A DNA stretch of 63,715 bases, taken from contig JAZDLR010000011.1 of the NCBI GenBank assembly GCA_043801745.1, positions 1 through 63,715 of the forward strand. Direction: 5' to 3'. This document shows, in pieces, positions 36,839-47,379 of this stretch. The translations under genes were made by a program, and so were the position numbers. The notes under the pieces are model-generated. The model had not been told where the DNA came from, did not search any database, and saw nothing but the letters and a program-made list of their open reading frames with translations. The stretch is from Candidatus Komeilibacteria bacterium. GTDB lineage: Bacteria > Patescibacteriota > Patescibacteriia > UBA1558 > 2-01-FULL-52-15. The first letter of the stretch is position 1; each line of letters starts with the position of its first letter.

Positions 36839-37923
36839 TGAAGATCGCTTTAGCCCATGACCACTTATTTCAGATAGGGGGAGCTGAAACTGTTTTACGG
36901 CACTTTACACAGTTGTATCCTGACGCGCCAGTCTTTACGTTAATTTGTGATCAGCGTAGCCGTGGCTATTTACCGCCAACGGCTGACATCAGAACTTCGT
37001 ACTTACAAAATTTTATCGCTGATAATGGTTGGTTTAAATATCTGTTGCCCTTGATGCCGTCTGCCTGGGAAAGATTTGATTTCTCGGCCTTTGATGTAGT
37101 TCTTTCATCCAGCTCAGCTTTTGTTAAAGGCTTGATCACTAGGCCCGGAGCCATTCATATTAGTTATTGTCACAGTCCGACAAGATATTTGTGGAGTGAT
37201 AGCCATGAATATTTGCAGCAATTAGCGGTACCGCGTATTATAAAATTATATTTGTCAATTTTATTTTCCCGTTTACGCATCGCTGACCAGCTGGCTGCAC
37301 AGCGGGTTAATTATTTTATTGCCAATTCACAGTTCATTGCTGAACGCATTAAGAAGTATTATTTTCGCGAAGCAGTTGTCATTAATCCCCCGGTTGATAT
37401 TGGAAAATTTTACGTCAGCCCGACGATTGACCCCTACTATTTACTGATTTCGCGTTTGCGTCCCTATAAACGGGTCGATTTAGCCATCAAAGCCTTTAAC
37501 GCTCTACGTTTGCCGTTAATCATTATTGGTGGGGGAGAAGAGTTAGAACGGCTGCAAAAGCTGGCCAAGCCCAACATCACCTTTCTTGGTGAAGTCAGCG
37601 ATCAGGTTCGTAATAACTACCTGTCACGCTGCCGGGCTCTTATTCATCCTCAAGAAGAAGATTTTGGTATCACTATTGTGGAAGCCATGGCCTCGGGCCG
37701 ACCTGTTATTGCTTATGGATCGGGCGGAGCTAGGGAAACGGTTCAACCGGGTAAAACTGGACATTTTTTTGCTGACCAATCCTGGGAAGCATTAGCTGCT
37801 GCCGTAATGCATTATTCCCCCAATGATTTTGATCCAGCGTATATCCGGCAACAGGCGGAGCGTTTTGACAGCCGTTTGTTTCGCGAAAAAATTTCCAGCT
37901 TTGTTCAATCAGTATGTCCCTAA
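36838..37923 (+). CDS. glycosyltransferase (GT4/GT-B)
   Basis: 'EEDFGITIVEAMASGRPVIAYGSGGARE'. Confidence 0.8.
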   Translation: MKIALAHDHLFQIGGAETVLRHFTQLYPDAPVFTLICDQRSRGYLPPTADIRTSYLQNFIADNGWFKYLLPLMPSAWERFDFSAFDVVLSSSSAFVKGLITRPGAIHISYCHSPTRYLWSDSHEYLQQLAVPRIIKLYLSILFSRLRIADQLAAQRVNYFIANSQFIAERIKKYYFREAVVINPPVDIGKFYVSPTIDPYYLLISRLRPYKRVDLAIKAFNALRLPLIIIGGGEELERLQKLAKPNITFLGEVSDQVRNNYLSRCRALIHPQEEDFGITIVEAMASGRPVIAYGSGGARETVQPGKTGHFFADQSWEALAAAVMHYSPNDFDPAYIRQQAERFDSRLFREKISSFVQSVCP

Positions 37924-38996
37924 CCATAGCCCTTGATTGTCGGCCGCTGCAAGAAGCGGAGCCGACCGGGATCGCCACTTACGTTTCCGCCCTGAGGCGG
38001 CAATTACTCATTGAACCCAACGTTCAACTTAAAACTTTTTCTATTGGTAATCAGAGCCCAACTCAAATTACTTCGCCTGAACACACCCACTATAGTGTAC
38101 CGGGTAAACTATTTAATTTTTTGTCGGCCTTGAATATTGATTGTTTACCGCGGAATCCAATTGCTGAGATCTATTTATTGCCGCATCCGACCTTTTGGCC
38201 GATTCGACGAAAACCCTATATTTTAACCATCCACGATTTAGCTTTTATTGAACGCCCCTATTATTACAATCTACGTCAGAGATTATGGCATCGGACGATA
38301 AATTTTCAGCGCTTGGCTGAAAATGCCGCAGCTTTAGTTTGTGTGTCTGAAGCAACCAAGGCGCGACTGCTGCAACTATACCCTCAATTGAAAGCCAAAC
38401 CACTAGCAACAATTCATGAAGGTCTAGTAACTACCGAACTCACAGATTATCAGGAACGGGCAATTTTATCTCGGCTTCAGCTACCAGATAAATATCTTCT
38501 TTATCTGGGGACAATCGAGCCGCGGAAAAATTTGCCCAGCTTACTGGCAGCTTGGCAACTAGTCCACCGGCTCCGGCCGGAGATACATTTGGTTATTGCC
38601 GGTAAATACGGCTGGTCATCTCAGACCGTTATCAGACGACTTTTAGTCGATAAAAATATTCGCTGGCTGCAGTATATCAGTGACGAAGAAAAGTCCATCT
38701 TATATCGCAGGGCACAGGCCTTTGTCTGGCCCTCCTGGTATGAAGGATTTGGCTTCCCTCCTTTAGAAGCCGCCTATTGGGGTACACCGGTTATTACCAG
38801 CTGGAGTACAGCTTTGCCGGAAATGCTGATAAATCGGGCTCATTATGTAAATCCCTACAATTACAAGGAGCTGGCTGATTGTCTGCTGCAAATTCTCGAT
38901 CAACCACGTGAAGAACGTCTAAGTAAAGAACTGGCCGCACAATTTAACTGGGGAACAGCTACTAAGGCTCTGATTAAATTTATAGAATCATTATGA
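37914..38996 (+). CDS. glycosyltransferase (GT4/GT-B)
   Basis: 'YEGFGFPPLEAAYWGTPVITS'. Confidence 0.8.
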   Translation: MSLTIALDCRPLQEAEPTGIATYVSALRRQLLIEPNVQLKTFSIGNQSPTQITSPEHTHYSVPGKLFNFLSALNIDCLPRNPIAEIYLLPHPTFWPIRRKPYILTIHDLAFIERPYYYNLRQRLWHRTINFQRLAENAAALVCVSEATKARLLQLYPQLKAKPLATIHEGLVTTELTDYQERAILSRLQLPDKYLLYLGTIEPRKNLPSLLAAWQLVHRLRPEIHLVIAGKYGWSSQTVIRRLLVDKNIRWLQYISDEEKSILYRRAQAFVWPSWYEGFGFPPLEAAYWGTPVITSWSTALPEMLINRAHYVNPYNYKELADCLLQILDQPREERLSKELAAQFNWGTATKALIKFIESL

Positions 38997-40081
38997 GGAT
39001 TGGTATTGATGCTCGTTTTTGGGGTTATACCGGAGGCTTCAGTCGCTATCTGGAGCAAATTATTACGCACCTGGGACAATTTGATACCCACAATCAATAC
39101 ATAATTATCGTCAGAAAGCGAGTGGGTTTGCCGGACTTACCACCTAACTTTAGTTATTTGATAGCCGATATCCCCTGGTATAGCTGGCAGGAACAATGGC
39201 GTCTTCCTTGGATATTATACCGTCTACGTTTGGATATTGTGCACTTTCCCCATTTCAATATTCCTATTTTATATTGGCGCCCCCAAATAGTGACGATCCA
39301 TGATCTTATCATGATTCGCTGGCCTTCGCATAAAGCCTCATTATTACCGGCTTGGTTGTGGCGATTAAAATTTTGGGCTTACCAAATTACCTTACGGGTC
39401 GCAACCAGACGTGCGCGCCATATTATCACGCCATCACAAAGTACCAAAGACGATTTACTTGACTATTTACATTTACCAGCTGAAAAAATTTCTGTCATTT
39501 CTGAGGCCAGCGTTTGGCCGCGCACTGAGCATTATGAACCTGCTGCGCCACAGCTGCTTTACGTGGGTAATTGTTACCCTCATAAAAATGTCGGGCTGCT
39601 TTGTCAGGCTTATCGGCAAATTGCTGAAACCAACGAATTAGTAACATTATTGTTAGTCATACCTGATGATTATTTTTCCCAGCGTGTATTAGCAGAAATT
39701 AATTTGTTTCCTAGTGCTATACGTCAGCGGATTCATATTGATCGGGCTGTTTCGACAGAAAGGCTGCAGGAATATTATCAACATTCTACTTTGTTTATTT
39801 TTTCCTCTCAGAAGGAAGGATTCGGTTTACCCGGGTTAGAAGCTATGAGTTGTGGTTTACCAGTAATAGCGTCTAATTCCAGTTGCTTGCCAGAAATATA
39901 TGGTTCGGCCGCGTATTATTTTTCCCCCGCTGAACCATCCTCGTTAGTTAGCGCCCTTAATGTTTTACTTACCGACCCCGATTCGCGAAATAAGCTACGA
40001 CAGGCTGGCTTTCAGCAAGTCCAAAAATATTCCTGGGAGTTAGCAGCCCAACAAACTCAAAACCTTTACTTAAGGCGGTAG
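38993..40081 (+). CDS. glycosyltransferase (GT4/GT-B)
   Basis: 'KEGFGLPGLEAMSCGLPVIASNSSCLPE'. Confidence 0.8.
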   Translation: MRIGIDARFWGYTGGFSRYLEQIITHLGQFDTHNQYIIIVRKRVGLPDLPPNFSYLIADIPWYSWQEQWRLPWILYRLRLDIVHFPHFNIPILYWRPQIVTIHDLIMIRWPSHKASLLPAWLWRLKFWAYQITLRVATRRARHIITPSQSTKDDLLDYLHLPAEKISVISEASVWPRTEHYEPAAPQLLYVGNCYPHKNVGLLCQAYRQIAETNELVTLLLVIPDDYFSQRVLAEINLFPSAIRQRIHIDRAVSTERLQEYYQHSTLFIFSSQKEGFGLPGLEAMSCGLPVIASNSSCLPEIYGSAAYYFSPAEPSSLVSALNVLLTDPDSRNKLRQAGFQQVQKYSWELAAQQTQNLYLRR

Positions 40082-40109
40082 TTTCAGTATAATTATTGGC
40101 GATATACCC

Positions 40110-42554
40110 ATGCCAAAATTGAAAAAGGGGGCTAAAGCCACGACAACCTCACCTCTGGGCGATCTACTAGATCGAATAGATGATTTTTTGTATGATCCAC
40201 AAGAACCCGGCTATTTACTCAATCAATCCAACCTTAATAACCGCCTGCAGGCAAAAAGGAAAATTGGACGTCTCATTGCCCAAGATGCGGCTGATCAGAA
40301 ACAACAGCCCGGGGCCAGAATGCCAGCTATTAACACACAGCCATCACCGCACGTGACTGATTTGCGCGATCGGACACGGCAACGGAGAATAGCGGCCATT
40401 GGGTTTGACCATTTCGAACGACCAAAGTCAAAACCCTGGTCGTGGCAACCTTTTAAACGTAAACCCAGAACTCCGGCTGTAAGCAACAAAACTACCTCAG
40501 TACCCAAAATTGATTGGTTGAAGCAGTCAACCCCCTCCCAGCCTATTCCAACTGCTAAAGTATTTACAGCCAATAACTTCAATCCTTGGGCTGCCGTCTT
40601 AGCTTTTGCCCTAATTGCTTTAGCTATTATTTTACCGATTAAATCCCTAGTCTTCGGAAGTAAGCTAGTGGATTCGCGTAGTGCCATTATGGCCCAGGGG
40701 GAACTGGCACTAAATCATTTACAGCAAGGAATCAGTTCCATTACAGCGGCGGATTTCCTGCAGGCTGAAGTGAGTTTTGAGTCAGCTAATGCCGACTTTC
40801 AGGGTATGCGCGAGGAGATTAACAGTTATAATCAAACATTTGTCCATATTGTCGAGCAATTACCTACGATCGGTCCGGAGATGTCATTTAGTAAGCAGCT
40901 TTTGACTGTAGCCCAAAATATCTCTCAGGCAGCGGCCATCTTAGCCGCCACCGGAAGTCAGGATTTATCGCCAACGCAGTCAATAGCGGAAACACGCGAG
41001 CGTTTTGCTAATGTCCGCCAGGCAGTAATTGAAGCTGACAAAAACCTGGCATCGGTCTCCATTAGTGCTACCCCGGAATCCATCCGGTCGGCAATAGCTT
41101 CATTTAAGTCCCAAGCGCCGACCATTATCAATGACCTGGCCAGGGGCGACAAAGTTATGGCCGTTGCTTATTCATTATTGGGAGGCGACCATTTATCTCG
41201 ACAACTAATTGTTTTTCAAAATAACCGCGAACTTCGCGCCACTGGAGGCTTCTTGGGCAGTTACGCGGTCGCCGATTTTAACGCCGGAGCTTTAACAAAA
41301 TTTTCCTTACCTGGTGGTGGCACGTATGATACTGCCGGGGGTCTCAAGTACCGTTTAGTTCCGCCTTATGCGCTGCAATTAATTAGTCCTAGCTGGAATC
41401 TTTGGGATGCTAATTGGTGGCCTGATTGGCCAATTTCGGCCCAAAAAATTTCCTGGTTTTACCAAAAATCCGGCGGTACAACTGTTGACGGTGTAATTGC
41501 GATTAACGCGACAACCGTCGCGGATTTATTAGCTGTTGTCGGCCCAATTAACTTGCCGCAATACTCGTTAATCATAGATAAAGATAATTTTTTTGATCAA
41601 TTACAACAGGAAATTCAACTTAATTATGACAAAACGGCAAATAAGCCCAAACAAATATTAAGTGATCTCGCACCGCTATTGCTGGAAAAAATTATGAATC
41701 ATCCGGACAAGTTAAAAATTGCTCAAGTACTGCTCAATTCCTTAGCTAGTCGGAACATCCAGTTATATTCTCAGCGGCCGGAAATACAACAGGCCATTGA
41801 TGACTTGGGTTGGGCGGGTCGTCAACTAAAAACCGATGGGGATTATCTTCAAGTGATATCTACTAATGTTGCCGGCGGCAAATCTGATGGCTATATAGCC
41901 GAAACAGTAAATCACCGGGCAGTTATCATGTCCGATGGTTCAATCGAGGTAACCACTACCATTAATAAAATTAATAATGCTCCGTCGAGTGACGTTTTAG
42001 GCTATTTAAATAATGTCGACTACCTACGAATTTACGTACCGGCCGGCAGTGTACTTTTGGCTGCCGGAGGCTTTCAACCGCCGGCGAGCAACTTGTTTAA
42101 AACCGGGGTTGAAGGAGCCACAGTTGATGATTATCTTAAAAGCATTAGTGGCGAGATAACTATTGATGATCAATCCGGCACCCGCATAAACCAGGAAAAC
42201 GGCAAGACGGTTTTCGGCAACTGGTTACAGGTTAAACCTGGAGCAACTATCTCAGCCTTTTTTAAATACCGTTTGCCGCAGCGGATTAGCATTTCCAATT
42301 CCACTGGCTCACTATTTATCAACTACTGGAGCCCACATTACCGAGAAGTTGATTCCTACAGCTTTTTGACTCAACCTCAATCAGGAAATGATCACACAAC
42401 AATTGAACACTCATTGATTGTCGATCCGGCTTATAAAATTATCTGGAATAACAGCCTAGCCGGAACTGAGCTATCTGCCACAGCCAATAAAATCCAATTC
42501 AGTCAGCCCTTATCAACCATAGCTTATTATTCATTGCTGCTAGCTGGTCAATAA
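40110..42554 (+). CDS. DUF4012-like large membrane-anchored envelope protein
   Basis: Basic N-terminus, a single TM, and the 'VFQNNRELRATGGFLGSYA' motif I associate with DUF4012. It sits in a polysaccharide cluster. Confidence 0.65.
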   Translation: MPKLKKGAKATTTSPLGDLLDRIDDFLYDPQEPGYLLNQSNLNNRLQAKRKIGRLIAQDAADQKQQPGARMPAINTQPSPHVTDLRDRTRQRRIAAIGFDHFERPKSKPWSWQPFKRKPRTPAVSNKTTSVPKIDWLKQSTPSQPIPTAKVFTANNFNPWAAVLAFALIALAIILPIKSLVFGSKLVDSRSAIMAQGELALNHLQQGISSITAADFLQAEVSFESANADFQGMREEINSYNQTFVHIVEQLPTIGPEMSFSKQLLTVAQNISQAAAILAATGSQDLSPTQSIAETRERFANVRQAVIEADKNLASVSISATPESIRSAIASFKSQAPTIINDLARGDKVMAVAYSLLGGDHLSRQLIVFQNNRELRATGGFLGSYAVADFNAGALTKFSLPGGGTYDTAGGLKYRLVPPYALQLISPSWNLWDANWWPDWPISAQKISWFYQKSGGTTVDGVIAINATTVADLLAVVGPINLPQYSLIIDKDNFFDQLQQEIQLNYDKTANKPKQILSDLAPLLLEKIMNHPDKLKIAQVLLNSLASRNIQLYSQRPEIQQAIDDLGWAGRQLKTDGDYLQVISTNVAGGKSDGYIAETVNHRAVIMSDGSIEVTTTINKINNAPSSDVLGYLNNVDYLRIYVPAGSVLLAAGGFQPPASNLFKTGVEGATVDDYLKSISGEITIDDQSGTRINQENGKTVFGNWLQVKPGATISAFFKYRLPQRISISNSTGSLFINYWSPHYREVDSYSFLTQPQSGNDHTTIEHSLIVDPAYKIIWNNSLAGTELSATANKIQFSQPLSTIAYYSLLLAGQ

Positions 42555-42557
42555 GCT

Positions 42558-44141
42558 ATGAGCAATCTATTTTACCGCTTGAATCATTCCATTGGCGGCG
42601 GCGCTTTAGTTATCGCCTTTTTTACTCTGATCAGCAAATTGTTGGGTCTGCTGCGCGACCGTCTACTGGCGGGACAGTTTGGTGCCGGCGCTGATTTAGA
42701 TGTCTATTTCGCCGCCTTTAGGCTACCAGACTTTATTTTTAATATCTTGATCTTGGGCGCCTTATCAGTCGCCTTTATTCCGGTTTTTCAAAGGGTCTAT
42801 CATCAGAGTGCGACCGCGGGTTATCGTCTGGCTAATTCGGTTTTTAACGTTCTACTATTAGCTATTGGTCTACTGACAATAATTGGTTTGATCACGGCTG
42901 GACCACTTGTGCGGATCTTAGTGCCGGGTTTTACAGCACCGCAGATATTGTCGACGGTTCATCTCACTCGGATTATGCTGATCAGTATACTTTTCTTTAC
43001 GGCCAGCAATGTTATGAGTGGCATGTTAAATGCCTGGAAGAGGTTTGTTACTTTTTCTATTAGTTCAGTCCTTTATAATTTGGGCATTATTATCGGTGTA
43101 GTCTTTTTTCTTCCGCGTTGGGGTTTAGTTGGTCTAGCTTGGGGAGTGGTATTGGGCTCGGCACTGCACTTTGGCATCCAGTGTACCGAAGCACTCATCT
43201 ATGGCTGGCGCTGGCAACCAATTATCGCCGTTACGGCCGAGCTGAGGAGATTATTTCAGCTGATGATTCCCCGCGCTATCGGATCAACGGCGACCCAGAT
43301 CAATATCGTTGCCATAACCATGATTGCATCCTGGCTGCCGATCGGAGCCTTATCAATATTCAATCTGGCTAATAACCTACAGAGCTTTCCAGCCGGCTTA
43401 TTCGGCATCTCCTTGGCTGTGGCTAGCTTTCCCCATATTACCAGACATGCCCAGGAGAAGGACTATGAATCATTCAGCCGAGTTTTTTCCCTACAGTTCC
43501 GGCGTATTCTTTATGTCATCATCCCCATATCAATACTACTAATTATCGAACGGGCACATGTGGTGCGGGTGATACTGGGCAGCGGATCTTTTGACTGGAA
43601 CGATACCATCATGACGGCCAATGTTCTGGGAATATTTGCGGTGTCCATCTTCGCCCAGGGTCTCATCCCTTTAGTAAGTTTCGGCTTCTATGCCCATGAA
43701 GATACCAAATCACCGGTAATAATTTCACTCATAACTACGCTGATAAATATTATTTTAGCCTTTGTGCTGACCAGGAGTCTTGGTGTTATCGGCTTGACCG
43801 CAGCCTTCAGCCTAGCTACCATTCTCAATCTGCTGTTGTTAGTAGGAGTTTTTAAGGCTAAAATCGGTCATCTTAATGAAAAGGAGCTCTTAAATGCCGC
43901 TCTACGTATTGCCCTAGCCTCTGTAATCGCCGGAGCAGTTGCCTACATCTCTTTACGCCTATTCTTACACTTAATTGATCAGAGAACGTTTTGGGGAATT
44001 TTACTTCAAGGGTTACTATCAGGACTGTCGGGTTTAGCAGTATATATAGCCATCTCAGTTATATTTGTTTTCCCGGAAATAGAAGTGTTACGCGCCTATG
44101 TCACGCGTTATTTACGAAAAACTAGGTTAATTAAAGAATGA
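42558..44141 (+). CDS. murJ: lipid II flippase MurJ
   Basis: 'LLGLLRDRLLAGQFGAG' and 'FRLPDFIFNIL'; about 14 TM segments. Confidence 0.85.
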   Translation: MSNLFYRLNHSIGGGALVIAFFTLISKLLGLLRDRLLAGQFGAGADLDVYFAAFRLPDFIFNILILGALSVAFIPVFQRVYHQSATAGYRLANSVFNVLLLAIGLLTIIGLITAGPLVRILVPGFTAPQILSTVHLTRIMLISILFFTASNVMSGMLNAWKRFVTFSISSVLYNLGIIIGVVFFLPRWGLVGLAWGVVLGSALHFGIQCTEALIYGWRWQPIIAVTAELRRLFQLMIPRAIGSTATQINIVAITMIASWLPIGALSIFNLANNLQSFPAGLFGISLAVASFPHITRHAQEKDYESFSRVFSLQFRRILYVIIPISILLIIERAHVVRVILGSGSFDWNDTIMTANVLGIFAVSIFAQGLIPLVSFGFYAHEDTKSPVIISLITTLINIILAFVLTRSLGVIGLTAAFSLATILNLLLLVGVFKAKIGHLNEKELLNAALRIALASVIAGAVAYISLRLFLHLIDQRTFWGILLQGLLSGLSGLAVYIAISVIFVFPEIEVLRAYVTRYLRKTRLIKE

Positions 44142-45904
44142 GTCATATTAGAAACTTTTGTATTATCGCTCATATCGACCATGGTAAATCTACCTTGGCC
44201 GATCGTTTTATAGAACTGACTGGTACCGTACCTTCACGCGAAATGCGCTCCCAGTTACTGGACCAGATGGACTTGGAACGTGAAAAGGGGATTACCATTA
44301 AACTTCAACCCGTAACCATGTCCTGGAAGGGCGAGGAATTGAATTTGATTGACACTCCCGGCCACGTTGACTTTAATTATGAAGTCTCTCGGTCACTGGC
44401 AGCGGTTGAAGGCGCTATACTGTTAGTAGATGCCACTCAGGGTATTCAGGCTCAAACTATATCAAATTTATTTTTGGCTTTAGAACAAAATTTGACTATT
44501 ATCCCGGTTATTAACAAAATCGATTTGCCGGCCGCTGATGTTGCTGCAACCAAAAAGGAAATTATCTCCTTACTGGGTTGTACTGCTGCCGATATTTTGT
44601 TGCTTTCCGCCAAAACCGGGGAGGGTGTCAGCGATCTACTGGACGCAATAATTGAGCGCGTCAAACCGCCACTGATTCAACAGCCGGAACGCGCCTTAAT
44701 TTTCGATTCTATTTTTAATGAGTATAAAGGTATTATTGTTTACGTACGACTCTTTGGTGGTAATTTGCAGGCTGGAGATAAAATTTTATTTGTCTCAAAC
44801 CAACAGACTGCTGAGATACTGGAAGTGGGGCGGCTTAAGCCGCAAATGCAGCCGGCAGAAAAACTAGTGGCCGGGGAAATCGGCTACGTTATCAGTAACG
44901 TCAAAATGATTGAATCCGCGCGAGTGGGTGATACTATCTGCCCGGCCAATAAAACTCCGGCTGAACCTTTACCCGGCTTCAAAAAGGTTAAACCAATGGT
45001 TTACGCCGGCATTTTTCCTGAAGACGGAGCGGACTACAATCATCTGCGCGACGCTTTGCACAAACTGAAGCTAAACGATTCCAGCTTACAATTTGAAGTG
45101 GAGAACTCACCGGTTCTAGGCTTTGGCTTCCGTTGCGGCTTCTTGGGTTTATTGCATCTGGAAATCTTCCAAGAGCGTTTGCTACGGGAATTTGCCGTCC
45201 GCATAATTGTCACTTCGCCCTCAGTCGCTTATAAAGTATCCCTGCACTCGGGTGAAGAGCGGATTGTTACTGCGCCGGCTTTACTGCCCGACTTAAGTAC
45301 CATAGAACAAATTTTCGAACCGACCGTGATTATTAGCGTGCTGACACCTAAGGATTATATGGGTACAATCATGAACTATATTGCCCATCTGCACGCCACT
45401 CTAAAAAATACCACTTTTTTGGATGAACGCCGGGTTATAATTCAATACCATTTACCACTGAGTGAAATTCTAACGGATTTTTATGACAAAATTAAAAATA
45501 TTTCTTCCGGCTATGCTTCCTACAATTATGAATTAGCTGATTATGTCAGCTGCGACGTAGTCAAGCTAGATATTCTGGTGGCCGAAGAGTTAGTTCCGGC
45601 TTTGACTTCTTTGGTTTACCGCGAAGCCGCCTACCGCCTAGGTAAGAATATTGTGACAAAACTTAAGGAACTGATTCCCAAGAAGCAGTTTGTCATCAAA
45701 TTGCAGGCTGTTATTGGCGGGAAAATCGTAGCCTCGGAACGAATACCCGCTTTACGCAAAGATGTTACTGCTAAGCTTTATGGCGGCGACGTCACACGAA
45801 AACGCAAGCTTTTAGAAAAACAAAAAAAGGGCAAAAAGAAAATGATGGCCCAGGGCAGAGTTGAAATACCGACCAAAGCCTATTTGTCACTATTGCAGCG
45901 CTAA
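44138..45904 (+). CDS. lepA: elongation factor 4 (LepA)
   Basis: 'IRNFCIIAHIDHGKSTLADR', 'DTPGHVDF', 'NKID' and 'LLEKQKKGKKKM'. Confidence 0.95.
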   Translation: MSHIRNFCIIAHIDHGKSTLADRFIELTGTVPSREMRSQLLDQMDLEREKGITIKLQPVTMSWKGEELNLIDTPGHVDFNYEVSRSLAAVEGAILLVDATQGIQAQTISNLFLALEQNLTIIPVINKIDLPAADVAATKKEIISLLGCTAADILLLSAKTGEGVSDLLDAIIERVKPPLIQQPERALIFDSIFNEYKGIIVYVRLFGGNLQAGDKILFVSNQQTAEILEVGRLKPQMQPAEKLVAGEIGYVISNVKMIESARVGDTICPANKTPAEPLPGFKKVKPMVYAGIFPEDGADYNHLRDALHKLKLNDSSLQFEVENSPVLGFGFRCGFLGLLHLEIFQERLLREFAVRIIVTSPSVAYKVSLHSGEERIVTAPALLPDLSTIEQIFEPTVIISVLTPKDYMGTIMNYIAHLHATLKNTTFLDERRVIIQYHLPLSEILTDFYDKIKNISSGYASYNYELADYVSCDVVKLDILVAEELVPALTSLVYREAAYRLGKNIVTKLKELIPKKQFVIKLQAVIGGKIVASERIPALRKDVTAKLYGGDVTRKRKLLEKQKKGKKKMMAQGRVEIPTKAYLSLLQR

Positions 45905-46063
45905 AATAGGCGCGAGCTGCCGATAGTCATGATGACCATAGATGTAATCACCATTACCGATAACACTATCCAAATCCATCTAATTAATTGTTTTCTTCGT
46001 TTCATTATTTCCTTTTTGTAACTTTCTTACTATAATAGCAGTAATCAGCCAAAAAATATACCC

Positions 46064-46429
46064 ATGGTCTCCCAAGTTCTACGTTCACGCACATTCCTTA
46101 TTATTATTGTAATAATTTTTATTATCAGTTCGTTTGAATTAATAAACGAGGTCGGCCGCCGCTATAAAGTCAACCAGGAGATTAAAAACCAACAACGTCA
46201 AATCGAGACCTTAAAGAGCCAAAATGGTGATTTAAATCAACTAATCCACTACCTCAATACTGATCAATTTGTGGAGGAGGAAGCCCGGTCAAAATTGGGT
46301 CTGAGTAAGAGTGGCGAATCCGTGGTTGTTTTTCCTAGCACTGCGACACCTAGCAACGAACAAGTAGTAGCTTCAACTAGTCCCAACAACAGCAACACTG
46401 CCCGCTGGTGGAGTTATTTTTTCCCATGA
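46064..46429 (+). CDS. ftsB: septum formation initiator (FtsB/DivIC family)
   Basis: N-terminal TM plus coiled coil 'NQEIKNQQRQIETLKSQNGDLNQLI...EARSKLGL'. Confidence 0.7.
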   Translation: MVSQVLRSRTFLIIIVIIFIISSFELINEVGRRYKVNQEIKNQQRQIETLKSQNGDLNQLIHYLNTDQFVEEEARSKLGLSKSGESVVVFPSTATPSNEQVVASTSPNNSNTARWWSYFFP

Positions 46430-47265
46430 TAAGACGAATTATTATAATTCTGATATTCCTACACCTGCTGCTTATTGGTTTATGGTATATCAATATTTGG
46501 AGGCCGGGCTATTCCTGGAACCTGGCATCTTGGTTACAACTGCCCGTTGCCAGAATTGCCGACGTCACACTAACGGCCGATGATTACCGTCTGGATCTCG
46601 GTTCGCTGTCCCAAAATCACGAAGTCGACAATTATTCAAAAGAGCAAAAAAAGCAAATGCTCTGGGATAAACTACGTACTCAATATTTAATTAATTCATT
46701 AGCTGCTCAGTATCACGTCCAAGTTACACCCCAAGCTCGCCAGCAATTGTCAGAGCGGGCCCAACAGCAATTTAACGCTTCCAGCACTAGCGGACAGATG
46801 CTGGGATATTCCTTTAACGACTTCATCAATAGTGTCTTGGTACCCTGGTACCGCGAACAGCTGGTCAGGCGCCAAATCATTGCTTCTGTGCCAAATCCTC
46901 AGCAGCGGGCACTACAGGCAGTGGTAGAGACAATACGTAACTATCCTGAACAGCTTAACTCACAAACTCAAGCCCTGGCAGAAGCTTATGGTATCCCGCC
47001 GCAGCCTCTAGAACGGGTGGCCAGCGAGTCACAACTAGTTGGACCCTATACCATAATTAGGCAGTTGCCGGTGAATTCTATTAGCGACGTGATTAGCGAT
47101 ACTGATGGCTATCATGCATTTTTGGTAAAAAATATTCTCAACGATCAGGGAATAAGGACATTTCAACTGCAGGAATTGTACTTACCAACAGCCATTGATC
47201 AGGAATGGTTAAATAGACTTATAACTCAAGTTAGGATCTCGACCTATGCCCTTAATCTACCTTAA
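46426..47265 (+). CDS. membrane-anchored hypothetical protein
   Basis: The ATG at 46426 overlaps the ftsB stop (ATGA). TM 'IIIILIFLHLLLIGLWYI'. Confidence 0.6.
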   Translation: MIRRIIIILIFLHLLLIGLWYINIWRPGYSWNLASWLQLPVARIADVTLTADDYRLDLGSLSQNHEVDNYSKEQKKQMLWDKLRTQYLINSLAAQYHVQVTPQARQQLSERAQQQFNASSTSGQMLGYSFNDFINSVLVPWYREQLVRRQIIASVPNPQQRALQAVVETIRNYPEQLNSQTQALAEAYGIPPQPLERVASESQLVGPYTIIRQLPVNSISDVISDTDGYHAFLVKNILNDQGIRTFQLQELYLPTAIDQEWLNRLITQVRISTYALNLP

Positions 47266-47294
47266 TATCTCATGAATTCAAAAACGCAAACTTT

Positions 47295-47370
47295 TGGAGC
47301 CGATGGTCGGAATCGAACCGACGACCTCTGCTTTACGAAAGCATTGCTCTACCAGCTGAGCTACATCGGC
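47295..47370 (-). tRNA. tRNA-Thr (anticodon CGU), CCA encoded
   Basis: The reverse complement reads GCCGATG-TA-GCTC-AGCTGGTA-GAGC-A-ATGCT-TTCGTAA-AGCAG-AGGTC-GTCGG-TTCGATT-CCGAC-CATCGGC-T-CCA. Acceptor, D and T stems are perfect, and the anticodon is CGT. Confidence 0.9.
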
Positions 47371-47379
47371 GCAAAAAGC

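Noticed and set aside
47272-47379. N-terminal extension of the RlpA-like ORF
   Set aside because: It overlaps a canonical tRNA-Thr on the opposite strand (47295..47370). The signal peptide begins right after the tRNA, at TTG 47380.
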